Positions 1 through 9,253 of a stretch of DNA of 64,000 nt are shown piece by piece; positions within the stretch are counted from its first letter, which is position 1; each line of letters begins with the position of its first letter. Both the position numbers and the translations under genes were made by a program. The notes beneath the pieces were generated by a model. The model ran no database searches and was not told the origin of the DNA. It saw nothing but the letters and a program-made list of their open reading frames with translations. The stretch is from contig SVPL01000003.1 of NCBI GenBank assembly GCA_015065925.1, positions 18,422-82,421 of the forward strand, written 5' to 3'. This DNA comes from Oscillospiraceae bacterium. Lineage in GTDB: Bacteria > Bacillota > Clostridia > Oscillospirales > Acutalibacteraceae.

Positions 1-8
1 TTCAAAAA

Positions 9-1424
9 ATGGGTGTTCGCACCTGCCGTACAAAGGTTAACACCCCTTGGCTTTGGTCTGAAACCACAAACAACTGGAATCTTGACAGTGTTCGCGCAAA
101 CTATCTTTACGACTACTGCAAAGAGCTTCAAAGCCGCGATATGAACATTGTTATGCAGCTTGGCTGGGATGTTGAGTTTGTTATTGAGATTGTTAAAGGC
201 GGTGAAAACGCTCAGCAAGAAGCCAAATATCTTGACGGACGCGGTGAGGACCGTAACGGCGAAAGCGCAGGCTACGATTTAAGCGGTCTTGACGAATATT
301 GGACCCGCGTTACCAAAGCCGCCTACCGTTGGGGCTACTTATATGTTAACCTTTTAAATGAGATGAGAGCCCGCGGTATAAATAATATTGATTATTTAAT
401 GTTCTTCTGCGAACCCTCTAACAGAAATGCAGATGGATCCTATCATCCCGACGGCCCCGGCGCATCTGCAGAGGAATACACAAAGCTTTGCCGTATTATT
501 AAGGACTACCTTGTTGAAAAGAAGGTTCTTAACGGTATTTTAACTATGGGCGGCGCACAGGGCGGTAACAGTCACGAGCTTTTGAACTACATTTTGGATA
601 CCGACCCCGATGTGTTTGAAATTCACGCTTGCCACACATATCCAACTGCTAATTTCATTACAGATAACACCTACCACGATTATGCAGGTGAATATTTCAC
701 ACGTGTTATCGGCACTATGAAGGACCACGGTGTATTCGGTAAAAAGGAATACTGGTGCGACGAATTTTCTGCAAGAGATAGTGTTGTAAACAATAACCGT
801 ATGGTACCCGATGAACATCCTTGGTACGGACTTCAGGGTGTTGTTGGTGCAATCAGCGCACAGTCCTTTGGTGTAAGTAATATTATTTCCTGGCAGGCTG
901 CCGACCAGCTTTGGACCGACCAGACCAATACAGGCGGCGAATTTGATAACGGTATTCATATGTGCGGCGCAATGCCCTCGCTCTTTAATTCCGATGTACC
1001 GCGTGGCGAATATTATATGTGGGGACTTTTCTCCAAATATAATGGCTACAAAAACGGTAAGGTTTATGGCACAAACTATATTGAAAAAGTTGTTGACATA
1101 GATGAGGATACAGGCGAAATATATGAAAACACCTTGGATGTTTTATCAGGACTTCATATAGGTGCCGTTCAGCTTGAAAACGGCGGTTGGACCATCACCG
1201 TTGTTAATGCCGATAGTATTCAGGACCGTTGGTTCACGGTAGATTTTGAAAAATCTCTTGGCGGAGTTACCCTTTACCGTCACAGCGAAAATGTAAACAC
1301 CTGCGTAAGAAACACAGGCGCAGTTATTGCCGATGTTGATAAGGTTTATGTTGGTGTTAACGGTGCATTTAAAGACTTCTTACCCGCAGGTACGGTTGCA
1401 GTTTACACCACCGAAAAGGGATAA
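9..1424 (+). CDS. Glycoside-hydrolase-like protein (clan GH-A style TIM barrel plus C-terminal beta-sandwich); possibly 5'-truncated by the window edge
   Basis: 471-aa ORF whose frame stays open to the window start. FFCEPSN and EYWCDEFS resemble the clan GH-A acid/base and nucleophile strands. The family cannot be assigned by eye. A hairpin terminator follows. Confidence 0.5.
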   Translation: MGVRTCRTKVNTPWLWSETTNNWNLDSVRANYLYDYCKELQSRDMNIVMQLGWDVEFVIEIVKGGENAQQEAKYLDGRGEDRNGESAGYDLSGLDEYWTRVTKAAYRWGYLYVNLLNEMRARGINNIDYLMFFCEPSNRNADGSYHPDGPGASAEEYTKLCRIIKDYLVEKKVLNGILTMGGAQGGNSHELLNYILDTDPDVFEIHACHTYPTANFITDNTYHDYAGEYFTRVIGTMKDHGVFGKKEYWCDEFSARDSVVNNNRMVPDEHPWYGLQGVVGAISAQSFGVSNIISWQAADQLWTDQTNTGGEFDNGIHMCGAMPSLFNSDVPRGEYYMWGLFSKYNGYKNGKVYGTNYIEKVVDIDEDTGEIYENTLDVLSGLHIGAVQLENGGWTITVVNADSIQDRWFTVDFEKSLGGVTLYRHSENVNTCVRNTGAVIADVDKVYVGVNGAFKDFLPAGTVAVYTTEKG

Positions 1425-1470
1425 TTGAATTTGCTTTCGACATATTCTTTTATAGAATATATCTCCCCTA

Positions 1471-1504
1471 AAAAACGGGCATCCTTCGAGACGCCCGTTT
1501 TTAT
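1471..1504. terminator. Bidirectional intrinsic terminator between the convergent GH gene and the endolysin gene
   Basis: AACGGGC (1474-1480) pairs with GCCCGTT (1493-1499). The stem is flanked by an A-run upstream and a T-run downstream. Confidence 0.7.
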
Positions 1505-1539
1505 TTGTTTTTGATTAATTTTTATAACTCTGTACTTTT

Positions 1540-2232
1540 TTACACGATTATTCCTTCAAAGCCTGCAGATTTTAATTTTTTAAGCATTTCCTCAGCATTT
1601 TTTATTTCAGAGTATGCGCCCACCTGCACACGATACAGTTTTTTATTATCACTTGCGGGCGGGTTTTCTTTCGGCTTTTCTGCCACCCACTTAATGCCAA
1701 GCGTTTTTAAAATCCCCTTTGCAATGGCAATACCCATTGTCTTCTGCTCGGCGGCGGTATCAATAATCGCAATGTCCTTTTTATTATCCACAAAGGCGCA
1801 CTCCACAAGACAAGCGGGAGCTTTGGTCTGCCTAATCCAACCGTAATAATCCTTGCCCTGGTCGTTCTTTTTGGTTTTTAATCCTCTGGAATTTTGACCA
1901 ATGGCAACAATCTCATTAATAATGTTTTGGGCAAGTGTTTTACCCTTTCCGCCACCGTAGTGATGGAAAATCTCTACACCGTCACCGCCACCCGCATTAT
2001 TGTGGATTTCCACCGCATAATCGGGACCAAAAGCATTGCACTCCTTAATCTCGTCTGCAAGGGAGTCTGCTTCATCCTTTGTACGGCTGATACCCACCGT
2101 TACACCGTGACGGATTAGCTCATCACGGCAAGCAAGAGAAATTGCAAGATTTAAACTATCCTCTTTGAGTCCGTTAGCCACCGCGCCGTTATCCTTACCG
2201 CCGTGACCAACACCAATAAATACCTTAGCCAT
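1540..2232 (-). CDS. Phage endolysin: N-acetylmuramoyl-L-alanine amidase (Amidase_3) with a single C-terminal SPOR-type repeat
   Basis: Motifs GVGHGGKDNGA, EIHNNAGGG and ECAFVDN are typical of Amidase_3. The C-terminus YRVQVGAYSEIKNAEEMLKKLKSAGFEGIIV matches one SPOR repeat. The start overlaps the holin stop by 1 nt. Confidence 0.9.
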   Translation of the reverse strand: MAKVFIGVGHGGKDNGAVANGLKEDSLNLAISLACRDELIRHGVTVGISRTKDEADSLADEIKECNAFGPDYAVEIHNNAGGGDGVEIFHHYGGGKGKTLAQNIINEIVAIGQNSRGLKTKKNDQGKDYYGWIRQTKAPACLVECAFVDNKKDIAIIDTAAEQKTMGIAIAKGILKTLGIKWVAEKPKENPPASDNKKLYRVQVGAYSEIKNAEEMLKKLKSAGFEGIIV

Positions 2233-2441
2233 TATTCTTCCTCCTTTAGCTCAGGTAAACCTTTAATACAGGTAAGCAAAGTAATTACGCCTGACAAAGC
2301 GCAGGCGCTTAATACGCCTACCCAATTAACCTCGGTGATACCGATAGTGTTTGTACCAATAATTGCAAGGGCAGTTTCCGCCATAGTCTTGACGGTTCGT
2401 ACCCCTGCGGCTTTTAACCATTTTAAAATTTCCTTTTTCAT
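2232..2441 (-). CDS. Phage holin (two TM helices, charged C-terminus; LL-H-like)
   Basis: 69 aa with two hydrophobic helices and a C-terminal PELKEEE tail. It lies immediately upstream of the endolysin. Confidence 0.8.
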   Translation of the reverse strand: MKKEILKWLKAAGVRTVKTMAETALAIIGTNTIGITEVNWVGVLSACALSGVITLLTCIKGLPELKEEE

Positions 2442-2457
2442 AATACTACCTCTTTCC

Positions 2458-2730
2458 CTAATTCAGTATATTCTCAATATCGGCTATTCTGTGATTAACC
2501 GCCTTCATTTGCTCCTCCACAACAGGAACTCTTTTAACCAAACGGTTATGCTCCCTCACCTCTCGAGTGAGCTCGGCAAGCTTGGTATCGGTAATTGCCT
2601 GAGCAACGGCGATTTTTTGCTCAATTCCCTTATTAACTCGACTGTTGGTGATAATCACTCCCATAAGGGTGAGTAATCCCACCGTAACAGAAGCCATAGC
2701 CGAAATCACCGCAGCTGTAATGGTTGTCAT
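2458..2730 (-). CDS. Small membrane protein with an N-terminal TM helix and a C-terminal coiled coil (XhlA-like position upstream of the holin)
   Basis: 90 aa. Hydrophobic N-terminus AAVISAMASVTVGLLTLMGVII, then a heptad-like charged region. Its start shares ATGA with the portal stop. Confidence 0.55.
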   Translation of the reverse strand: MTTITAAVISAMASVTVGLLTLMGVIITNSRVNKGIEQKIAVAQAITDTKLAELTREVREHNRLVKRVPVVEEQMKAVNHRIADIENILN

Positions 2731-4316
2731 ACGGCATCGCCCTTTGCAAAATCGACTGAAAGCTTGTTTAAAAGCTCCTCCTTGCCATAAAAATCCATAA
2801 GCTTAATGGCTAGTCTTGCTTCTTCACGACGCTCGGGAGCAAGCATACCCAAGCTGAATAATTCCTTTGCCAGCTCATTTTGCTGAGCCTTTTGATAGGG
2901 ATTTTGCTTTTGAGGCACTATTTTTATATCGAACACAGGACGAGAGTTTGCGAAAATTTTTCGCCCTAAAGCATCATTGCTTTGATAGGTAATATAATTA
3001 ACATTCCCATCATCCCCCGTAATGCGAAAGCTTCTGGGCTCGGTATAAAACTGCCTTACAAGCTCCAAGATTAAATAACATATATTGGCGTATGCCCTGA
3101 AGGCAGATTTTATCATATCTCTTGACAGCTTATTCCCCGCTTCTTGAAGTGCTAAAATTGCCGACGCCGCTGTTACGCCGTAATTTGTGGAGCCTTGAGA
3201 AAAATCTCTGTTTCCCGAGGTTTCCTTAAGCTCGTTTACCTTAAATGTCAAAAGCTCCAAAGCATTTGAGGAAACATTTCCAACCTCAACCTGCTTTAAG
3301 GTCTGGTCATCAATTCTGCCGGTAGTATGAATAAACGGGCGGGACCAATCGGCAAATTCCTCCTCATTTATTCCCGCCGAATCGCTTATAAAAAAGCGAG
3401 GCATTTCACCCATAAGGGCATTGCGTTCAATGGCGGTGTTAAGCTTATCAATAGATATCTGACATTCCTTCATAGCATCCACATATCCAAAGCCTGCAGG
3501 GGAATTTTCGGTTACAAAAAGGGTATCAAAAACTATTGGGTATTTGCCGTGGTCATAAAAGCCTCTGTTTTGATATTGAGCTTCATTTTCTGAGGCAAAA
3601 AGTAAGGCTTCACCCGAAAACTTGCAGTAGTGAAGAAGGGTTTTGTTACCCACCTTTTTCTTGTAATACCAATCAACAACAAGCGCCTTGCTGTCATCGG
3701 TAATACCATCCTCAAGTCTATACGCCGAAAGCTCACCGAAGCCTTTTTTAATCTGCTCCTCCTTTTCGGGATAGCGAGAAATAAGCTCCTGCCTATCCAC
3801 CGCAGTAGCATAGAATAAATTTGCAGATTGCTCCAGATACTTAATGCCCGGCTCCCAAAAAAGATTAAGAATATCAAGCTGTTTAATATCCACATCGCCA
3901 AGACCGTTTTCAAGCTCATTATTCCAAAAAACGCCGTAAACTCCTGTGCCTGTTTTAAGCTTATACCACCAAGCGTCGGAATAGGTCTGCTCGAAGCCTC
4001 TTTGCTCTAATATCACGGGAAGTATTGCCGAAAAAAGCTTTGCCTGCTCCTCGTCTCCCTCCTCCCTTGCCAAAATATTAGGTTCGGGGAAGGAATCCAT
4101 AGCATCGGCGTGCTTGTTTATTATGGAGTTAAAAAGCCAAGCCGAATTTTGGGATTTTTCCACTCCCCCCACATTGGGACAGCAACGGAGCTTATACCAC
4201 TCCTCGTTTTCCACAATTCTTTCCTCTAAAAAACGCTTTCCCTCCTTATATAAAAGCAGAGTTTTGTAGGCATTTTTTATTTCTTTTAATCCAATGATTT
4301 TTTGTTTGGTTTTCAT
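2727..4316 (-). CDS. Phage portal protein
   Basis: 529 aa, directly downstream of terL (13-nt gap). Size and sequence character fit portal families of Firmicutes siphophages. Confidence 0.8.
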   Translation of the reverse strand: MKTKQKIIGLKEIKNAYKTLLLYKEGKRFLEERIVENEEWYKLRCCPNVGGVEKSQNSAWLFNSIINKHADAMDSFPEPNILAREEGDEEQAKLFSAILPVILEQRGFEQTYSDAWWYKLKTGTGVYGVFWNNELENGLGDVDIKQLDILNLFWEPGIKYLEQSANLFYATAVDRQELISRYPEKEEQIKKGFGELSAYRLEDGITDDSKALVVDWYYKKKVGNKTLLHYCKFSGEALLFASENEAQYQNRGFYDHGKYPIVFDTLFVTENSPAGFGYVDAMKECQISIDKLNTAIERNALMGEMPRFFISDSAGINEEEFADWSRPFIHTTGRIDDQTLKQVEVGNVSSNALELLTFKVNELKETSGNRDFSQGSTNYGVTAASAILALQEAGNKLSRDMIKSAFRAYANICYLILELVRQFYTEPRSFRITGDDGNVNYITYQSNDALGRKIFANSRPVFDIKIVPQKQNPYQKAQQNELAKELFSLGMLAPERREEARLAIKLMDFYGKEELLNKLSVDFAKGDAV

Positions 4317-4329
4317 AATATTTTCCTTT

Positions 4330-5760
4330 CTACATTCGCAAGAATTTAACCTTGTTTTTATTTGAAGATAAGGGCGAAAATATTTCGCCTTCGATTATTT
4401 TGCGAGTTTCTCGCGCCTTAATGGGAATATGCATTAAAACATATCTGCACTCATCATAAATATGGTCCTCGGCTGATGTGTCAATATCCTCTACATTAAG
4501 GGTGTCATAACAAAGAGAGGGTACCGTGCGTATGAAGTTTTTACAGGTGTTAAAAATATAAAGCATAGGCACACCCTCATCATCAAAGGCGAAACGGTAA
4601 TGATACTGCATTTTACCCGAAATTCTGGCGTTATCACCTGCTCGCCAATAAACTCCCGCCTTTTCCATAATCTCGGCAACCGACCTGCCACGCGAACCGT
4701 CAAAAACCGACGGATCGGCAATGCCTATTACACTGCGCCCCTTTATATTTGGATCGTTTTCTTCGATTTTTCGTATTTCCTCTGCAATTCGGGAAGGCTC
4801 AAAGCAAACCCCCTCATTCGGTCTGCCCGTACATCCGTAATATTCCCTTATTCTAAAAAGTCTGCCGTCATTATCGGCAGCATACCACCCAACGCTAAAT
4901 GGCCTTGTGTAGCCAAAATCAAATCCCCTGTAAATCTGCCAATTTTTAGGTATTCTGAAAGGAGCAACCACATGGGTATAACGCATATCATCATAGTGGG
5001 CGGGATCGTTACGCCACTCGGTAAAAACCTGACCGTCAAAGCTATCCCAATCACCGTAAAGCAAAGCCTTTTTTTCGGCTTCGGGAAGCATAGCAAGACT
5101 TGCCAGATATTCGGGATTATTTTTAAGCAGAATTTCATTATCGAATACGGTTGATGGCACAAAAATCCTATGCCTTGTCATCTGCACCTGTTCACCGCTT
5201 GGGGTTACAATACTGTATGTATCAGCTATTGGGGTAAGAGGCGGCGCGGGGGTAATAAACCGTTCCTTAACCCAACCGTGACCTACACCTCCGGGGTTTG
5301 TGGTAGCACGAATATAAACCCTTGTCCCCGCCCCCGACGGACGATTGCGGGAAAACATATAGCTGTACTCCTCCCAAGTAAAGTGAGTCAGCTCATCAAA
5401 TGCTATGAAGTCATACCGTTTACCCTGATAATTAATTCTGTCCTTAATGTACTGCATACTTCCAAAGTGAATTTTCGCCCCCGACGGAAATCTCCAAACG
5501 TGCTCGGTAGAGTTGTAAGTCGCTCCCGGGAAGGCGACCGAATAAATCTGCCGGCTTCTATCAATAAGCTCACTTAACTGCGGCACCGTTTTTCTAAGAA
5601 TTAACGCAGTATAATGTGGAATATGCACCTGACGGAGCGCCTCTACCAAAAGGGCATCACTTTTTCCACCGCCCGCCGCACCGCCGTAAAGCACCTCATA
5701 CTCGCTTCGCGCCAAAAAATCAATCTGCTTTTTTTGAGGCTTCCAAACGGTGTCAGTCAT
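4330..5760 (-). CDS. terL: Phage terminase large subunit
   Basis: Walker A YGGAAGGGKS and Walker B DFIAFDELT are present. The C-terminal half is nuclease-like with acidic motifs. 476 aa. Confidence 0.92.
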   Translation of the reverse strand: MTDTVWKPQKKQIDFLARSEYEVLYGGAAGGGKSDALLVEALRQVHIPHYTALILRKTVPQLSELIDRSRQIYSVAFPGATYNSTEHVWRFPSGAKIHFGSMQYIKDRINYQGKRYDFIAFDELTHFTWEEYSYMFSRNRPSGAGTRVYIRATTNPGGVGHGWVKERFITPAPPLTPIADTYSIVTPSGEQVQMTRHRIFVPSTVFDNEILLKNNPEYLASLAMLPEAEKKALLYGDWDSFDGQVFTEWRNDPAHYDDMRYTHVVAPFRIPKNWQIYRGFDFGYTRPFSVGWYAADNDGRLFRIREYYGCTGRPNEGVCFEPSRIAEEIRKIEENDPNIKGRSVIGIADPSVFDGSRGRSVAEIMEKAGVYWRAGDNARISGKMQYHYRFAFDDEGVPMLYIFNTCKNFIRTVPSLCYDTLNVEDIDTSAEDHIYDECRYVLMHIPIKARETRKIIEGEIFSPLSSNKNKVKFLRM

Positions 5761-6028
5761 TGATATTCACCTCCGGCAAAACAACTACTCCTCCCGATTG
5801 ACCGCCACCTGACAGCTCTAAGGAAACTCCCACCAGCTCCTTAATAGAGGAAATAAGATTTTTAAGCTCCTTAATATCCATTCCCTCTATTTCACCGCCG
5901 GGGCGAGATAACTCCTCCAATCTGTTAATGGCGCTGTCGGTGGCAAGCATAAGATTTTTCTTTCGCTTTTTGTCGCTCTGACTTCGGCGCGTAACCGACC
6001 TTTTTTCTGCCGAATTTTCATTATTCAT
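5753..6028 (-). CDS. Small basic protein upstream of terL; candidate terminase small subunit or packaging accessory protein
   Basis: The ORF overlaps the terL start by 8 nt. I chose the start at MNNEN because an AAAGGA RBS lies 8 nt upstream. The N-terminus is Lys/Arg-rich. No family was recognised. Confidence 0.4.
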   Translation of the reverse strand: MNNENSAEKRSVTRRSQSDKKRKKNLMLATDSAINRLEELSRPGGEIEGMDIKELKNLISSIKELVGVSLELSGGGQSGGVVVLPEVNIND

Positions 6029-6172
6029 AGTAATCATCCTTTCTGCAAAGCTTCTATGCAAATATAGTCTAACAAAAAGAATAAAACTTTTCCCCCCACC
6101 CCCAAAAAGTGTTTGCGAAGCAAACTGCTCACTTTCACCGACAGATGAAATATAAACTGTAAACCATACACT

Positions 6173-6532
6173 TTATTTCTTTATGCAAAAGAGTTCATAT
6201 AACCCGTAAAACACAATCACAAATCCAAAAATACTTTTAATAAGCTCGGCTTTTAACTGCCCTACCCAAAAACCCGTAATGATGGTGCCAACCGCGCCAA
6301 AAATCATTACGGGTAAAATTTTTCGCCATTTTATTATCCCTTTTTTAGAATAAATAAAAACCGCCACCGCCGCAGTGGGCAAAAAGAAAATAAGATTTAT
6401 TCCTTGGGCTGCAAGCTGCTCTACTCCCGCAAAAACGCTAAGATAAATTATAAGCACGCTTCCGCCGCCAAGTCCCATTGCACCCGCAATACCCGCTAAA
6501 AATCCCGCCAAAAGAGGTAAAACAAAGCTCAT
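6173..6532 (-). CDS. Half-size TSUP (TauE/SafE) family membrane protein, downstream half of a pair
   Basis: About 4 TM helices with the Gly-rich motif GAMGLGGGSVLI. An ATGA overlap with the upstream half suggests translational coupling. Confidence 0.75.
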   Translation of the reverse strand: MSFVLPLLAGFLAGIAGAMGLGGGSVLIIYLSVFAGVEQLAAQGINLIFFLPTAAVAVFIYSKKGIIKWRKILPVMIFGAVGTIITGFWVGQLKAELIKSIFGFVIVFYGLYELFCIKK

Positions 6533-6891
6533 CCAAAAATCAACCTCCAGCCCGCCCATATCATAAATATGGCAAATATCTTCTTAATAAGTCGGGGAGA
6601 GATTTTTTTCATAATATATGTGCCAACCAATGCCCCCGCAATTCCACCGGGTAAATAAACAAGGCTCTGCTCTAGGGTTACATAGCCTCTGCATAAATAA
6701 TTTACGGCGCTTACCAAGGTTATGGGAAAAATCACCGCAACGGCATTTGCGTGAGCGTCCTTTCGCTCAAACCCCATTTTCATTAAAAGTGGTACACAAG
6801 CAAGTCCGCCACCAGCACCAAAAAATCCATTTATTGCCCCTATCAGCGCCCCTTTGAGGTAATTTTTGCCCTTAGATTTAAATTTTTTCAA
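6529..6891 (-). CDS. Half-size TSUP (TauE/SafE) family membrane protein, upstream half of a pair
   Basis: Motif GFFGAGGGLACVPLL. I moved the start to TTG at 6891 (AAGAGG RBS 7 nt upstream). The longer ORF would overlap the metA start. Confidence 0.7.
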   Translation of the reverse strand: MKKFKSKGKNYLKGALIGAINGFFGAGGGLACVPLLMKMGFERKDAHANAVAVIFPITLVSAVNYLCRGYVTLEQSLVYLPGGIAGALVGTYIMKKISPRLIKKIFAIFMIWAGWRLIFG

Positions 6892-7000
6892 AAAAACACC
6901 TCTTTTTTTCAACTTAGGTATAGTATTTACAGAAAAAAAGGTGTATAATAGATAAAATATAATTTTTTTATGATTTATTAGTAAAGCGAGGACGATTACA

Positions 7001-7927
7001 ATGCCTATAAAAATAAGCAACGACCTTCCCGCAAGGGCAATACTTGAAAACGAGCATATTTTTGTTATGACCGAAACCAGAGCCCTTCAGCAGGATATTC
7101 GCCCACTTAAAATTTTAATATTAAACCTTATGCCCAATAAAATTGAAACCGAAACTCAGCTACTTCGCTGTCTTTCAAACACCCCCCTTCAAATAGAGGT
7201 CACCCTTATGCAAACCTCTACCCACAAGGCAAAAAACACCTCTCCCGAGCATCTGCTTAACTTCTACACCACCTTTGAGGAGATAAAAAATCAGCAGTTT
7301 GACGGACTTATAATCACAGGCGCCCCCGTAGAGCAAATGCCCTATGAGGAGGTTACCTATTGGAATGAGCTTTGTGAGATTATGGAGTGGTCAAAGGAGA
7401 ATGTTTTTTCCACCCTGCACATTTGTTGGGGCGCTCAGGCGGGGCTTTATTACCACTACGGAATAGAAAAGGAGCTTTTACCCCAAAAGCTTTCGGGTAT
7501 TTTCAAGGTGGATATTCTAACCGAAAAATCCCGACTTTTCCACGGTATGGACGATTATCTTTATGTGCCTCAATCCCGCTATACCGCCTCTAACCGCGAC
7601 CAGATTGCAAATCACCCCGACCTTAGAATTATGTCGGAGTCCGACGAGGTAGGAGTTCACCTTGTTGGCGATAATCACGGCAGACAGTTTTTTATAATGG
7701 GCCACCACGAATACGACCGCGAAACCCTTGCCAACGAATATAACCGCGATGTTGCACGAGGTATTAATCCCAAGGTACCCCTGCACTATTTCCCCGATGA
7801 CAACCCCGCAAATCCACCCTATGCCAGATGGCACGTTTACGCAAGCACCCTTTTCACAAACTGGCTTAACTATTTTGTTTACCAAACCACACCTTACGAG
7901 CTTAAGGATTTAAAGGGAAATAAGTAA
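7001..7927 (+). CDS. metA: Homoserine O-acyltransferase (MetA family)
   Basis: MPIKI..DLPA N-terminus, LKILILNLMP, and the active-site context HICWGAQAG. 308 aa. Confidence 0.92.
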   Translation: MPIKISNDLPARAILENEHIFVMTETRALQQDIRPLKILILNLMPNKIETETQLLRCLSNTPLQIEVTLMQTSTHKAKNTSPEHLLNFYTTFEEIKNQQFDGLIITGAPVEQMPYEEVTYWNELCEIMEWSKENVFSTLHICWGAQAGLYYHYGIEKELLPQKLSGIFKVDILTEKSRLFHGMDDYLYVPQSRYTASNRDQIANHPDLRIMSESDEVGVHLVGDNHGRQFFIMGHHEYDRETLANEYNRDVARGINPKVPLHYFPDDNPANPPYARWHVYASTLFTNWLNYFVYQTTPYELKDLKGNK

Positions 7928-7941
7928 AAAGCAGGGATATT

Positions 7942-9042
7942 ATGAACATTTATGTAGTTTCAGAGCAAATAGGACTTCAGGGATATTGGGTGACCGATAT
8001 TCTTGCGGGAATAAGCAAGGAAGCCCTAAAAAAGAATATAACAATAGTGGATTATAACGGCGAAAAGCCTGAGCTCACCGAGGAGTACACCCGTCCGTTG
8101 GTGCTTGCCATCGGCTATTCCTACCAATGGATGGAAAGCACCTGCCGTCAAATGAAAAAGAAGGGTGTGGAACCCCTTCTTGTTAACGCAGGACTGGATA
8201 TACATACCGAAACGCTAAGCGTAGCGGGGTTTGTGAGCTTTGGAATACAAAAGGCAATGTACCACGTTATGAACTATCTTATTTCAAACAAGCGTACAAA
8301 AATCGCCTTTTTCGGAGCCCACGACGAAACCCACTCCGATCAGGTTAAAATAGACGAATTTTTAAAGCTCTGCACCCATTTACAGCTACCCCTTGGCAAG
8401 GCGGATGTTTACAAGGATTCAACCATTGCCGACTGCGCCAAAAGCTTTGAGCTTAATATGCACCGCTACAATGCTGTAATCTGCTCCAGCGACGCCGCCG
8501 CAGTTTACCTTTTAAAATGGCTTGAGGATAAAGGCAGAAAGGTGCCCGAAGACCTTTTTGTAATAGGCTTTGGTAACACCGTTTTATCAGAGGCCTTTAA
8601 GCCTACCCTGACCACGGTGGAAAACAACTTTGTGGAGCTTGGGCATCAAGCCGTTAAGCTACATCAGTTTTTGCAAAGGAATAATGACATTCATACCGCC
8701 TCGGTTTTGGTTGAATGTCCCCTTATTGAACGGCAAACAACAGGGGCTGTGCGTTACAAAAAAACTCAACCGCGAATAAATACGGGTAATATGCCCCTTT
8801 ATGATGCCGACCCGGATATTTTAACCGCCCTTCAGCTTGAAGAGCTTCTTAGAATGTGGGACGATATTGACCGCCAGATTATAGACGGACTTTTGCAGGA
8901 TAAAACCATTATAGGCATTGCCGACGGGCTTTTTATTTCGGTAAGCGCCGTAAAATACCGCATTAAAAAAATGCTCACCGCAGGCGACTTTAAAAACAAA
9001 GAACACCTCGCCGAGGTGGTAAGAAAATATAATATTGTTTAG
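7942..9042 (+). CDS. Transcriptional regulator: LacI-type periplasmic-binding-protein-like sugar-binding domain with a C-terminal LuxR/GerE HTH and no N-terminal HTH
   Basis: The Peripla_BP-like core includes KIAFFG and VIGFGNT. The C-terminus DRQIIDGLLQDKTIIGIADGLFISVSAVKYRIKKML is a LuxR-type HTH. There is a 14-nt gap after metA. Confidence 0.7.
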   Translation: MNIYVVSEQIGLQGYWVTDILAGISKEALKKNITIVDYNGEKPELTEEYTRPLVLAIGYSYQWMESTCRQMKKKGVEPLLVNAGLDIHTETLSVAGFVSFGIQKAMYHVMNYLISNKRTKIAFFGAHDETHSDQVKIDEFLKLCTHLQLPLGKADVYKDSTIADCAKSFELNMHRYNAVICSSDAAAVYLLKWLEDKGRKVPEDLFVIGFGNTVLSEAFKPTLTTVENNFVELGHQAVKLHQFLQRNNDIHTASVLVECPLIERQTTGAVRYKKTQPRINTGNMPLYDADPDILTALQLEELLRMWDDIDRQIIDGLLQDKTIIGIADGLFISVSAVKYRIKKMLTAGDFKNKEHLAEVVRKYNIV

Positions 9043-9224
9043 GCTTACCAATAGATATTCTTAACGTATAACCAAAACGGTTTTAATTTGCTAATTGTAA
9101 ATTTTTTGTGAACAAGGTGCGAGAAACGACAAAATTTATATATTTTAGTTGCATATAGTGTCGAAAAAAGTTAAAACCTGTAATATGATGCAGGAGATTG
9201 TCGATTTATTTCGCAAAACAATAG

Positions 9225-9253
9225 TTGACAAAACAATTTTTTTGAATTATAAT
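9225..9253 (+). promoter_or_regulatory. Sigma-A type promoter of the giant surface-protein gene
   Basis: TTGACA (9225-9230), 17-nt spacer, TATAAT (9248-9253). A GGAGG RBS lies before the ATG at 9300. Confidence 0.6.

Larger units (their letters stand above)
1503..6172 (-). mobile_element. Phage-derived module (packaging plus lysis genes only); prophage remnant or domesticated/satellite-like element
   Basis: Six co-directional phage-type ORFs flanked by host genes. No capsid, tail, integrase or repressor genes are present. Confidence 0.8.

Noticed and set aside
540-959. 139-aa minus-strand ORF inside the first glycoside-hydrolase gene, and similar short antisense ORFs inside the portal, terL, glpK, metH and GH2 genes
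   Set aside because: All are nested antisense in well-supported coding regions, without RBS or recognisable motifs.
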